Shown: positions 11,950 to 25,062, counted from the stretch's first letter. The stretch: 64,000 nucleotides of DNA from Dipteris shenzhenensis (GCA_047967505.1 CM106538.1); one strand, 5' to 3'. The notes: generated by a model not told the origin, from the letters alone. Made by a program: numbers and translations.

Positions 11950-13220
11950 TTGCCGTTCCGTCCTTTAACAATGTGATAGCTTGTGTCTTAAGAGAACATA
12001 ATTCTTGAGAAAACAAATCATTCTAGTAGTGACCCAATCTTGGTTGATGGAACCTTCAACTTGTGGATTTTCAAATTCCAAAGAGAAGGATCCTTTTGAC
12101 TTACAGAAGCAACCTTTGCATTGAACATTTCAACCTCACTAATTCTCAGAAGCATCGCTTTTCAATTGCACCTCTTAGAGATAGTTCTTATACAAATGAG
12201 ATAATATCTCCCCATGCTCATTGCTTATACCTCCACATGCCTCCTATACGAATTGCAAGTTTGAGATTTAAAATCAAAACACATTACAATCATCTCAAAC
12301 ACAATAGCAAATTTTTTCTGGTAAGTAGCTCAAAGTAGGCAACATGAAGGTACCGCAGGGTCAAGACCGTCACATGGAGACCCACGGCATACATGCATCA
12401 ACTTGCACACCTCAACTTGCATTCTAATAAATGCGGCCTTTTGAATTCCACAAAAAAAAACATGAAGGTATGTACAATCCCAACCATTGCATCCCGAAGT
12501 GAGGAGCACATAAAATCCATTTTTCCCTTGTGTGTCATCTCTTTCTTACATTCTTTTTAAAAGTGTGGAATGTTTTTTATCACCAGACTGCAAATTATGA
12601 TTCAATGATTTAGAGAACCCCTCGAGTACCCTTAACACATACTTAAGCTATGAAATATGGTCTCTAATTTTGTACTAAACAATTTCCAAAGTTGTAGTGT
12701 GAGTGTAGCATAAGAACTCCAAATGGTGTATCTACTTATTTACTTTCACAATCGTGATGATTATGGGTATAGCATTCTCCTTATTATCTAATATGTGTAA
12801 GGATTTGAGGGTTTCAATTTCAATTATCTAATATGTGTTAGGATTTGAGGGTTCAATCTAAATTGGCAGCTTTAATCGATTTTGGCAACTTTATCAATTT
12901 ATATGTACTTTTTACAAAAGAATGTTTAAAAACCTAGTCCATGTGTGATAAATAAGCACTGATTACAATCAACGACTGTGTGATAATAGAAATATTACGC
13001 AACATTATTCAATTTTTATTGTACACTGTTTCAATTTTACGTAATTTGTACATACCAAGACATAAGTGTAAGTTATCACATGCTAACATACTAGATATAT
13101 AGACAGACATCATTGTTCTACTATTGCTATATGCACAAGACTCTAGTGCTCAATAAAGCTTGCCTGGTGCTAGAGTCTCCAAATAGCAGAAAGGATTTCA
13201 AAAGGATTAATAAAACTTCA
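11950..13220 (+). repeat. Old direct segmental repeat, copy 1 (partner 19119-20410)
   Basis: Colinear shared blocks, e.g. cttcaacttgtggattt, acctttgcattgaacatttcaacct, gatttaaaatcaaa, ctcaaagtaggcaacatgaaggta, ccttaacacatactt, ctagtgctc. Confidence 0.85.
12353..12458 (+). mobile_element. 106-bp poly(A)-tailed retro-insertion (5'-truncated LINE/SINE or retrocopy end)
   Basis: 12-bp TSD aacatgaaggta (12341-12352 and 12459-12470). AATAAA at 12426, then an A-tail. The empty site is present in the duplicate at 19655-19666. Confidence 0.8.
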
Positions 13221-13525
13221 AATTGAATTTATGAGCTTTATTTATCCTTTAAGAAAGTATCATGTGTTGGTTGTCTAGCTTGCTTTTGTTAGCTAACATC
13301 AACCCACACAGAGACATAAGTAACATTATTTTAATGTTTCTAGCTAGCTAGTAGTATTTGACTTTTGTTAGTTTATAAATGTACAATACTTTTAAGTTTT
13401 TGATTTTTTCAATAGATGGGGTCGGGTTTTTCAAATAAAATAAAGGTGCTAAACTTTGATCTTTTAGTGTTTAATTCATACTTGATAGTATAATGAAAGC
13501 GTTAGATATCAATGCTCCACTCTCA

Positions 13526-14221
13526 TGTAAGTATGCGGGAACCAGCTAACTCTACTTGTAAGCCCCCCATATGAGGAGAAGGCATTTGAGTAGCTCGGTT
13601 ATCCGGTAGGTCCTGGTTTGGATACCAGATGGGGGCCATGTGTGGCCTGATGGCCGGACGGAGTTGGCACACTGCCAACTAGGCTACATGCAAGTGCGGG
13701 AAGGCATCCCATGACTGACCGCATTGAGGGTGGATGGAGCATTTTCGGAGGCAGCCCACTCTCGGGTTGCGGGGCCCGTTTTGAGTCCCAGATGATCCCG
13801 GATGGCTGTGGGCCGAACGGAGACTGTAGGTTAGTTGCTCTATTTTGCGCACCGGTTCTATCATGTGGTCAGTGGCCTATTTCGGGACTGACCCCCAGTC
13901 GACCGTTTTGGGCGGACTGGGTCGGTCACCCGATTGAGCCCAACCGACTACGACTGGTGGCTATATAAGAGCAAGCCCATGAAGCCCATTTCATCACTGG
14001 CTACAGCAACCCGGATTCCTTAGCATCTAGCCTCCGTCTTCTATTGTTTCTAGCATGCCATCGAAGCTTCTTTCACAAGAGCGCACGGTTGGGAGGCAGC
14101 ACCATCTATTGTATCAGTTCTACAGTAATCAAATTTTTGATTCTCCATACTATCTTGTTTTCTCTCTTGCGTACGAGATCCGGTTATCTGTTGAGCACAG
14201 ACGTTGTATTATTTTCTTACA
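13526..14221 (+). repeat. Copia 5' LTR (696 bp)
   Basis: TG...CA termini with 6-bp inverted ends, followed directly by the Met-tRNA PBS. Homologous to the reverse complement of 16867-17468. Confidence 0.9.
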
Positions 14222-14590
14222 TGGTATCAGAGCCTGGACTCTAGCAAGAAGATTTGGTAGTGTGTTTCTGTTTGCAAGCAGATTGTGAGAGATGGCCCAG
14301 CCCGCAAGACTGCAAATCCCACCGTATGGCGAAAGTGGAAAGTTGGACGGCTCTAACTATCCACTCTGGAAGTTCAAGATGAAGACCATCCTAAGTGCAT
14401 ATGAGCTTTGGGACACTGCTACTGGGGTGGATGTGAGGCCGAGACCGGATCCAGCCAATGCAGGACAACAAATAGTACCAACTGCGGATGAGATTCTCGC
14501 GTGGACAAGAAGAAATGCAGATGCGTTGTGTTCTATTGTGTGCAGTGTAAGTGATTCCGTCATGGCATTAATTCAACATGTCACCACAGC

Positions 14591-14837
14591 CTCGGGGGGG
14601 TCACTCATCATATGTAACCCTATCACGTGAGTTCAAAAGAAGGATATTTTTTATTCCTAAAATTTACAGAAATAAATATACATAAGGGACTATTTAAAAT
14701 AGTTTTGGAAAAAATTTACAGATTTGTATAGAAAAGGGGTACATTTTATTAATGAAAGAATTTACAGATAAGGGATTTTAAATATAGGCCTTGAATGCAC
14801 GTGATATAGAGGGTTTATACATAGTGACCCCCCCGAG
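14591..14837 (+). mobile_element. MITE subfamily A, 247 bp, inserted in Copia gag
   Basis: 14-bp TIR CTCGGGGGGGTCAC/GTGACCCCCCCGAG and a perfect 8-bp TSD accacagc (14583-14590, 14838-14845). Confidence 0.95.
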
Positions 14838-16713
14838 ACCACAGCGGAGGAGGCATGGACGGTCTTGAAAAATCAGTAGGAGACCACGAATCAGATGCGG
14901 ATTCAGAATCTAGAGACTCAACTCGCGAATGAGAAATTGCCTGAGTCTGAAGCGACAGAGAAGTTCATCACCAGGGTGAAGAATCTGCGCGATCAGATGA
15001 CTGCAATTGGCATCACCATCACCAGCGAGAATCTAGCATGAAGGTGTATACGGATTCTCCCACCAAAGTATGACGGGCTTGTTACGGTGCTGAATACGTA
15101 GAACATAAATCCGACCCTCAACTTTGAGGATTTCAGCGCGATGCTTCTGGAGGAGGAGATGCGTCAAAAGACGAGGACTGGAGAAGATTCGGCTTTCTGG
15201 ACCAGATCAAAGAAAGGTAAGGGTAAGGACTCTGGTAACCCATCTTCTTCTGATGATAACAAGAGAAAGAAGAAGATCAAGTGCTTCTATTGCAACAAGG
15301 CAGGGCACAAGCAGAATGAGTGCCGAAAGAAGATTGCAGATGAGAAGAACGGAGTAAAGAAAGAGTCCAGCAACAGCGCGCAGGCAGTACCAGTAGAGCT
15401 ATTAGTCGCAATTGAGGAGATTTGCATGGAGGCAGTTCATGTACCTACGGATGAACCGTGGATCATTGACCGTGGTGCATCGCGCCACATGACCAGTCGG
15501 AAGGATTGGTATACCTCTCTACAGCCGGTAGGGAATGACATCCTGGTAGCAGTCGGCAATGATGCAAAATGTCCAGCAAAAGGAAAAGGTACGATTGCTC
15601 TCAAGTCAGATGGAGTAGTAAAACAGTTGTCCGATGTTCTTTATGTGCCAGATATCAAGAGGAACTTGTTATCCGTTTCCGCAATCACGGATCGGGACCT
15701 CAAAGAATGGTGCACAGATTCTGGATCTTCAACGGAAGGTCGTTGGTAAAGGTACAACGGCGCAACAACATTTACGAACTCTCATCTTTCAGTGCTCGAG
15801 CGGATGTGAAGAACATTAAGCTGTGGCATGAGAGGTTTGGTCATCTAAACCTTAGTTCTTTGAAGGAGATGCATAAAAGTGGAATGATTACAGACCTACC
15901 AAAAATTTCAGATCTGCCCGATGTATGTGAAGCTTGCATGATGGGCAAGCAGCATTGGCATCCCTTTCCTAAAGAGGCCAGCAGGGCAAAGGCTCCTCTA
16001 GAGCTCGTTCACACGGACCTTTGCGGAAAGATGGAGACGGAAGCTTTGGGTGGTTCCTACTAATTCATGACGTTGATCGACGACTATAGTAGAAGGATAT
16101 GGATATACTTCCTAAAGACTAAAGACGAGGCTTTTAGTAGGTTCAAGGAATGGCATGTAATGGTTGAGAAAGAAACGGGGAGGAAGGTGAAGAAATTGAG
16201 ATCAGACAGAGGTGGAGAGTTCACATCAACTGAACTCGAGAGTTACTGCAAAAGTCACGGGATCAAGAGGCAGAAACCCCCGCCACATACATCACAGCAA
16301 AATAGAGTAGCAGAACGCAAGATGCGCATCATCTGTGAAATGGGCAGGAGTATGATGAAAGGGAAAGATTTGCCAAGGACTTTCTGGGCTGAAGCATGTA
16401 ATATGGCAATTTACATTCTCAATCGTAGCTACACGAAGGCTGTGGACGGGATGACTCCACTGCAAGCCTTTTCTGGTAAGAAACCTTCAGCTGCACATTT
16501 CAGAGTTTTTGGATGTGACTGTTTTGTGCATGTCCCTGATGCTACCAGGACCAAATGGGAACCGAAGAGCCGGAAGTGTATTTTCTTGGGCTACAGTGAA
16601 GAGGCGAAGGGTTACCGTCTCTATAACCCTGTTACCAAGAAGGTAATAGTAAGTCGCGATGTGGTCTTCTCAGAACAGCTGCATCAATAGCGATGTTTAG
16701 TAGAGAAATAGGG

Positions 16714-16804
16714 TAAGCATAAGTGAATCTCACAATTGATACACAATACTTTCTTTTTAAGCATAAGTGAATCTCACTATTGATACACAATAGTTTCTTT
16801 TTAA
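16714..16804. repeat. Two-copy ~44-bp tandem repeat
   Basis: taagcataagtgaatctcac(a/t)attgatacacaata(c/g)tttctttt appears twice. Confidence 0.85.
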
Positions 16805-16866
16805 AAAGCACTACTAAATACCTCTTTCATGTGAAATAATACTATTAATAATTATTCTCATGTTTT

Positions 16867-17468
16867 TGTAAGAAAATAATACGTCTGTGCTCAACAGATA
16901 ATAGGATCTTGTACGCAAGAGAGAAAACAAGATAGTATGGAGAATAAAAAATTTGATTACTGTAGAACTAATACAGTAGATGGCGCTGCCTCCCAACCAT
17001 GCGCTCTGTGAAAGAAGCTTCGATGGCATGCTGGAAACAGTAGAAGACGGAGGCTGGATGCTAAGGAATCAGGGTTGCTGTAGCCAGTGATGAAATGGGC
17101 TTCACATACTTGCTCTTATATAGCCACCAGTCGTAGTCGGTTGGGCTCAATTGGGTGACCGACCCAGTCCGCCCAAAACGGTCGACTGGGGGTCAGTCCC
17201 GAAATAGGCCACCGACCACACGATAGAACCGGTGCGCAAAATAGAGCAATTAACCTACAGTCTCCGTTTGGCCCACAGCCATCCGGGATCATCTGGGACT
17301 CAAAACAGGCCTCGCAACCCGAGAGTGGGCTACCCTGGGAAATGCCCCATCCACCCTCAATGCGGTCAGTCATAGGATGCCTTCCTGCACTTGCATGTAG
17401 CCTAGTTGGCAATGTGCCAACTCCGTCCAGCCATCAGGCCACACATGGCCCCCATCTGGTGTCCAAAC
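16867..17468 (-). repeat. Copia 3' LTR, inverted, missing its first ~90 bp
   Basis: Reverse complement matches ~13616-14221 with scattered substitutions. It is truncated exactly at the MITE TIR at 17469. Confidence 0.9.
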
Positions 17469-17640
17469 CTCGGGGGGGTCACGCATCATATGTAACCCTA
17501 TCACGTGAGTTCAACAAAAGGATATTTTTTATTTCTAATAAATATACGTAAGGGACTATTTAAAATAGTTTTGGAAAAAATTTACAGATTTGTAAAGATA
17601 AGGGGTACATTTTATTAATGAAAAAATTTACAGATCCCGA
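17469..17640 (+). mobile_element. MITE subfamily A, internally deleted, at a deletion junction
   Basis: Left TIR and ~165 bp match 14591-14837. Only cccga remains of the right TIR and there is no TSD. The flanking Copia RH end, PPT and LTR start are missing. Confidence 0.85.
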
Positions 17641-19118
17641 AATTCTCCTCAACCACACTGCCTCGCAAGAAGCAAAGCATGCAGATTTGTACTCGGCCTC
17701 GGTAGAAGAAAGAGCAACTGTGGGTTGCTTCTTGCTGACCCATGACACAACTCCAGATCCAAGTGAGAAACAATACCCTGTCACTGATCTCCTGCTGTCC
17801 ACGTCTCCTGCCCAATCTGAGTCACAGAATCCAGTCAAGATGTTGCCCTTGGTATAGGTGATGCCATAATCAAGTGTGCCTTTGATGTATTTCAGCACCC
17901 GCATCCCTGCCCTCCAAAGGTTCTCCTAGGGCTTATTGGAAAACCTGCTTAGTACACCAGTCGCAAAACTGATGTCCAGCCGTGTGTTGCACAGGTAAAT
18001 CAAGCTGCCCACAAGACTTCTATACTTCGCTTCGTCCACCAGTGGTGATGAATCCTCGTTTGAGAGCTTCGCGTCAACCTCCATAGGGGTACCAACTGTC
18101 TTGCACTTAGCCATGCCAAATGCCTTCAGTATCTCTCCAGCATACTTTAGTTGTGAAATGAAGATCTGTTTCGGCTCCTGCCAAACTTCAATCCCCAAAT
18201 AGAAATGCATCAGTCCGAGGTTTATCATTTCAAACTCTCTTCCTAGCAAATGCTTCGTCTGCAAGATCTTCTCTTCATGGTTCCCTGTTATGACAAGGTC
18301 ATCCACATAAAGGACCACGATCATACACCTGCCTCCTTCTCTGAAGATATACAAATTTGCATCAAATGGGCTCCTCCTGAACCCCTTTTTGCAGAAAGTA
18401 GGCATCAATTCGCTGGTACCACGCTCGTGGGGCCTGTTTCAGCCCGTAAAGTGCCTTCTTCAGTTTGCAGACTTTACCTTCTGAATCGGGGATCTCAAAA
18501 CCTGGTGGTTGTTCAACATATACCTAATCCTTGAGATCTCCATTCAGAAAGGCGGATTTCACATCCATCTAAAACACGGGCCAACTTCCCTAGGCAGCTA
18601 AAGCCAAAATACTGCGAATTGTGGTTAGTCGAGCTGTGGGAGCAAAAGTATCTTGATAATAAAAACCATGTACCTGTGCAAATCCTTTTGCCACGAGTCG
18701 AGCCTTGTACTTATCCGTGCCATCGGACTTGTACTTGGTCTTGTACACCCACTTGGTTCCGATTACCTTGCGTTTTGGTGGTCGATCCAGAAGGTCCCAA
18801 GTGTTGTTCTTCATTATGGAGCCATACTCTGACTGCATAGCCTCCATCCACCTATCATCGCCTTGTGCCTCTTCAAGACACTTGGGTTCATCAGCACGGA
18901 TCACTTTTGTCATCAAAGCATAGTTGACCAAGTGTTCATGCGCCCTTCTTTGCTCCTCTAATCTCTTGGACCGATGGTGTTTGGATGGTTCCTCCTCAAT
19001 GGCTGGAGGTTCTCTGCCGTCCAAAAGTTGCTTTACCCACTTCAGGAATGGCCGTTGCCGTTGTGGCTCTATTGTTGCTCCAATCCACACATTTTGAAAC
19101 ATGATCATCTTTTTCTTG

Positions 19119-20410
19119 TCATTCCCACCTTTAACAACACCATAGCATTCTCATGGTGACCCAATCTTTGTGGGGATAGTAACTTCAACTTGTGGATTTC
19201 CAATTCCAAAAGAAGAATTCATTTAATTTCCATACACCACCTTTGCATTGAACATTTCAACCTTTCTAACTGTCAATCTTGAGCATCGCTTTTATTTCTT
19301 TCCAAGGGAATCAATTGTTTCGGTATAGTAGCTCATAAAAGACTCTATCATATAGCATGCTCCATTGCAATTCACCTCTTAGATCTAATGACATTGGTGG
19401 CATTCGATTCATAATATAACATAACATAATTCTTGCAATTGATATCTAGATATCATGTCAATAGTGACATTAACTTTATAACATGTAACATAATTCTTAT
19501 AACCCCGTTGCTTGCACCCCCTCACCAAGGGCTTCTCACATTCTTTACCACGCTCCTGTACAAATTACAAGTTTAAGATTTAAAATCAAAATCCATTACA
19601 ATCCTCTCAAGAAAAACAGCCAACTCATTATTAGTAAAGCAACTCAAAGTAGGCAACATGAAGGTATTTAAAATCCCAACCATAGCACTCCTAAGTTAAG
19701 AGCACATACAAACTATATTTCCTTGTGTATCATCTCTCCTTACATCATTCATAAAATTGTGAATATTTATTTATTGCCAATGTAAATTGTGATTCAATGA
19801 CTTGGAGGACCCTTAACACATACTTTGATATGATATGTGGTCTCAAAGTTTTTATTCAAAAATTTCCACACTTATAGCACAAGGATGCCAAATGGTGCAT
19901 CTAATTAATTTGATTTCACAATGGTGATGATTATGGATACAAAAATAACACTTTCCTTGTGCAAGAATTTGAGTTAGGCTTAAAGCGGCTAATTCAACTT
20001 GGTAGGTCAAATTGATTTGGACTAGTAGTTTAAATCAATTTAAATTCGTAGTTTAAAATAATTTAAATTGGGAGTATAAATTGATTTTAAATGTACTTTT
20101 TAGAAAAATATGTTTAAAAACTTGATCTAGGTGTGTTTTCAGACAAGCACTAGTTACAACCAATTACCATGTGATAAATAGAAATCTTGTGCAATATGAT
20201 TTAATTTTTGTTGCATAATGTTTCAATTTTACCCAAAATAATTTGTCGATACCAATTGATAAGTGTTAGTTATCACACACTCACATTCTACATATAAATA
20301 CACCCATCATTGTTATACTATCAATATCTCCAAGGTTCTAGTGCTCTGTTATCAATCCTGATCAGAGTCCACAAATGGCAAAAAGGATTTCTAAATGATT
20401 AAAACTCTCA
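19119..20410 (+). repeat. Old direct segmental repeat, copy 2 (partner 11950-13220)
   Basis: Colinear diverged match to 11950-13220. It lacks the 106-bp retro-insertion. Confidence 0.85.
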
Positions 20411-20459
20411 CTACTGTAGTTCCCTCTCCTCCCATCTCCGTCTTTGCTTTCCTGCCCAA

Positions 20460-20719
20460 GGGATTGGGGGGGGGGGGGCTAGTCTCTATATGGTAGTGCA
20501 AAAGCTCTTCACCCCCCCTCCCGTCCTCTCCCCCCACCACAACCACCCTTCTTCCCCAACCTCCCCTCCTTTCCCCCCCAATCCACCATCCATCGCCCCC
20601 CCCCCCCTCCACACACACATGTACACACATCACCACTACCCCCCCTCCACCACCCCAACCCCCCCCTTCATGTCTGCCCACCACCACCACCACACTTCTC
20701 CCCCCCCCGCTCCCCCTCG

Positions 20720-20759
<40 letters not shown>

Positions 20760-21525
20760 CTACCCCCGCTCGCCTAGGGTGGCAGCGATAATGATCTGTA
20801 GTGGTGGCCAATTGCTAGCGTGGTAGTGAATCACCGACAACAGGGGCAGCCACTATTCGGGCCTGTGGTTGTGTGCTTGCCCCGCGGCACCTCCCATGCC
20901 CCGTCCTCTGTTGTGTTGCCTTGCACAGTGATGAAGGTTGCCTAGCGCCCGCCTACCCCGCCCCGCCCCACCATTGCCAACTGCCACCTCCTTCACCCTT
21001 CTCTCCCACAGGGTCACCTACCCTCCACCCATCTTCTGCCCTTCACCACCAGTCAACCCACTATCTCCGCTAGTGCCTCCTCCTACAGCCCTCCACCTGT
21101 GCCCCTCTATCCGGTGCTGCTTTGTCCGCTGCCACCACCACCCCCTCACCTCTACCTCTTGCCCTCCACTCATGCATCCCCTCCCCTCTCCTCCCACAAC
21201 CCCACCCCCCTCTCCTCTCCCCCCCTCACCCCTTTATTCACGTCACCCCTCCCCCACCCAGCCATCGTTAGCCACCAGCGGCGGCCCCCTCGCCCAAAAA
21301 AAAAAGACTCAACCCTAACCAAACTAACATGAGGTTAGGTTAACAATCGATTAGGTTCAATTAACCAGTGGTTAGGATAGGCTAACCGATACTTAGATTA
21401 GGTTAATTTACATTCAATTAGGTTAGGCTAACTAGATAGTTAGGTTAGACTAACTACTTAGTTAGGTTAACCAACTAGTTAGGTTAACTAGTTAGCTAGG
21501 ATAACTAGGGTAGGTTTAGTTTCTA
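20460..21525. repeat. C-rich low-complexity tract with (CT)n, followed by degenerate ttaggttaac-type tandem repeats
   Basis: Poly-C/CCA runs 20510-21290, (CT)n ~20723-20756, and repeated gttaggttaa(c) 21330-21520. Confidence 0.7.
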
Positions 21526-21972
21526 AAAGATTAAGTCCCTTGACACCTAACTTTCAAGGCCCAAAGACCCCCAAATAGGCCTAATGTTCCCCTTAATTTA
21601 ACCCCACATAACTCGCCTATTTGGGACCTAAATTGAACCCTGTTTAAAGCTAGATTTCACACCCAAAAACACCATACTACGGGGTATTTTTTCAAGTTAT
21701 TACACACCATTTTGGTATCCCTAGAACTTATTCATTTGTGCTCCCACATGGGCTAATATTTGCACTAATTCGCCTATAACTTTCATTCGTGACCTCCGAT
21801 TGACGATCTGTTTGCACTTAAACATTCCCACTTTCAAGGAGGGAAATCCTAGGCACATTTTCTAGCATGAAGCTCCCCAAAATACTAACACATCTCTGAC
21901 CTCCATAATTCTCACAATTGAACTTCCAAACCAAAGGAGCACGCACTCAATCAACCACTCAACAAGTGTGCA

Positions 21973-24900
21973 TGTTGTGACATGAAGTTGGGGGTAATAA
22001 ACTTCACACACCTCTTCACTTCCTACTGCATTTTGTGAAGAGAGTGGGAGAGAAGGAAGGAGTCTCACTTGCGGCTTTCTGACATACACAATGGGGGAAT
22101 ATACACAAAGGTGGAGGCTGAAAAACAGTTTTCCTCTTTTTAGTTGTGAAAGCCAAAAGAACTCTAAGTACAAAAGAATAGGTGAACCCTATATGTGGGT
22201 CTCAAACCACACTCAGCTAAGTTAAACTAAGGTGCCATACTAACTGAGCCACTAACTAGAGTACATAAAGATAGCTGTTATCCAGCTATTATTCATGGGC
22301 GGTGTACCAACCGCATCTACAGCTAACAAGTCGGTGACACAAATGCACAACGGTCACCTTGGCATAGCACGAGTGGAGCTCGATATCTCAACACTCCCCC
22401 TTGAGCTCAATCCCAATTCTTGCACACCAATCAGGTCTCTGAACTTGTGTAGCTTCTCTGCGCCCAATGCCTTCATGAATATGTCAGCTACTTGATCCTC
22501 TATGCTGACATAAACTAGATCAATAAAACCTACTAGAACCTTCTCCCACACATAGTGATAATGCACCTCAATGTGCTTTGTTCTAGCATGATAGACTGGG
22601 TTATTTGCCAAGTGTATACTGCTCATGTTGTCACAATAAATGACAATTGGCCCATCTATAGACTAATGCATATCATAAAGTAGCTTATGCAACCAAGCTA
22701 CCTCACATGCAGCTATTGTTGCACCCCTGTACTCAGCCTCTGTGCTCGACAAGGCAACTGTAGGCTGTTTCTTGTTGCTTCAAGTGACTGGAGCACTCCC
22801 AAAAGAGAACATATATCCACTTGTAGATCGTCTATCATAAATACTACCAACCCAATAAGCATCAGTGTATCCATGCAATTGTATCTAAACCCCAGTCTCA
22901 TAAAATAGTCCATACTGCAATGTGGACTTGACATACCTCAGTATGCGTCTAGCCGCATCCAAATGCGGTTTCCTTGGAGCCTGCATAAACTGACTTACCA
23001 AACCAACATCATAGCTCAAATCTGGCTTGTTAATAGTCATATAAATCAAACTTCCTACTATGCATCTGTACATAGTAGGGTCTTCCAGAAGCTCACCTAC
23101 ATCTGCGCTCAGCTTCACATTCTACTCCAAAGGAACTGAAATAGGCTTACAACCTATCCAATCCATACTGCCTCTGCAAGAGCATATCCCACTTGTGGAT
23201 CTAACACATGAAGGATATCTTCATCACTATCACCTGTGATGATCAAATCATCAACATAAATGACAAGCAGCATAATGACTTTCTCTATTTTTCTCACATA
23301 AAGTGAGAAATCTGCCTTGGAAATCTGAAAGTCAATAGTGACAAGATACTGTCCTATCTTGTCAGACCATGCTTTGGGTGCTTGCTTCAAGCCATACAAG
23401 GCTTTCTTCAACCTACAAACAAACTCAGGATGAACAGCATGAACATAACCTAGTGGCTGCTCCATATAGACCTCTTCTTGCAAATCACCATGCAAGAAAG
23501 CATTATTTACATCCGTCTGATGTAAAGACCATCCCTTTGATGCAACCATAGCAATGACTACTCTTACGGTTGCCATCCTTGCAACCGGACTGAATGTTTC
23601 TTCATAATCAGTGCCATATGTCTATGCATACCTCTTGACAACTAATCTTTGCTTGTATCTCTTCACAGAACCATATGCATTGTGCTTCACCTTATAAACC
23701 CACTTGCAACCAATTGCATTCTTGTCTTTAGGCAAAGGCACCAGTTCCCATGTAGCATTTGCTTCCAAGGCATCCATTTCTTCATCCATGGCTTTCTCCC
23801 ATTTTTCTTTTCCCATGGCTTGCTCAAAAAGCAGTGGGTTCTGGTTCATGTATTGCTTTGACCATATAGGCATAGTGAAGGGCTGTAAATCCATCATATT
23901 TCAGCCTATCCACAGGATACCTAGCTCTGGTAGACCTGTACAAAATAGGCTCACTACTAGGTGCTCTCAAAACATCCCTTGTCTTCCTTACTCCAAGTGT
24001 AACAACAGAAGGAATACCCAACTCATCATCAAGGCTCTGTTCTGAGCCACTGGATTCACCATCCACATAAGAGTGACTTGCATTCACATCAACCATGGGC
24101 TGATCTACTTTTTATTTTCTTTTTCGTGATACTTGCATACCACTATGACCTACATTGCTTTGAGGAGATCCTCCTTATCTCAATCTGCTTGTCCATGGTG
24201 AAGTATGTGAACCACTACTAGAGGACACTACAGGTCCACTAATATTTTGTGATTGTTGCTATGAATCTTATGAAGCATTACCATTTTGTGCATCTACCTC
24301 ATCAATCACATTTGCTGGTTTATACTAGCTGCTCATCTCATCAAAAACAACATCTCTGCTCACTGTAAACTTACGAGTAGAAGGGTTTAGCATCTATACC
24401 CTTTCTACTGCAAAGAATAACTAATAAAGATGCACTTCTCAGCTTTTGGATCCAACTTGGATCTCAACTCATCTGGCACATGAACATAGGCAATGCAACC
24501 AAAAACTTTCAAATGAGAAATATTTGGTTTCCTACCAGTATACGTCTCCTCTGGTGTCATGCCATGTATTGCTATAGTGGGAGTCTTGCTCATTATGTAG
24601 ACTGCTGTAGCAACTGCTTCAGCCCAATAATAATCTGCCAGGTCTTTTTCGTTAAGCATGGCACAAGATACCTCTCCAATATCCCTGTTTTTCCTTTCTG
24701 CAAGTCCATTTTGCTGTGGGGTATAACTGCATGAATATTGCTGCTTTATGCCATGCTCCTGCAACAACCTTGCAAACTCATTTGAGAGGTACTCTCCCCC
24801 TCCATCTGACCTTAGGCATTTTATTTGCAAGCCTGTTTCTTTTTCAACCATAGCTTTAAAAGCTTTGAAATGCCCAAACACTTCACTTTTCTTTTCCATA

Positions 24901-25025
24901 AAATACACCCAAACTTTTCTGCTGTAGTCATCAATAAAAGTGATAAAATAATAATAGCCTCCAATAGATGCAGCTTTAGTAGTCCACGCATTAGAGTGGA
25001 TTAATTTCAATGGCCTCTTACTCTC
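21973..25025 (-). mobile_element. Ty1/Copia element, 3' part (INT-RT-RH, PPT, probable 3' LTR), decayed
   Basis: Minus ORFs 24405-25073 (integrase, CLRSDGGGEY), 23622-23897, 23154-23576 (YVDD), 22885-23118 and 22354-22626 (HARTKHIEVHYH). PPT AAGGGGGAG precedes TGTTG at 22393. The left LTR edge is uncertain. Confidence 0.88.
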
Positions 25026-25062
25026 TTGAACATGTCTAGGCTTCACATACCTTATGCATTTC

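Larger units (their letters stand above)
13526..19118 (+). mobile_element. Ty1/Copia LTR retrotransposon with its 3' half inverted
   Basis: 5' LTR 13526-14221 (TGTAAG...CTTACA), PBS TGGTATCAGAGC at 14222, gag/PR/INT on + (14292-16687). RT/RH on - (19118-17641; YKARLVAKGF, LYVDD, CDSDWAG). Partial 3' LTR on - (17468-16867). Confidence 0.92.

Noticed and set aside
14222-14233. TGGTATCAGAGC as a tRNA gene fragment (also 37867, 49509, 57206)
   Set aside because: These are initiator-Met primer-binding sites of the retrotransposons, not tRNA genes.
20391-21332. Pro/His/Gly-rich ORFs resembling extensins
   Set aside because: They arise from poly-C and (CT)n low-complexity DNA in several frames, with no splice structure or family motif.
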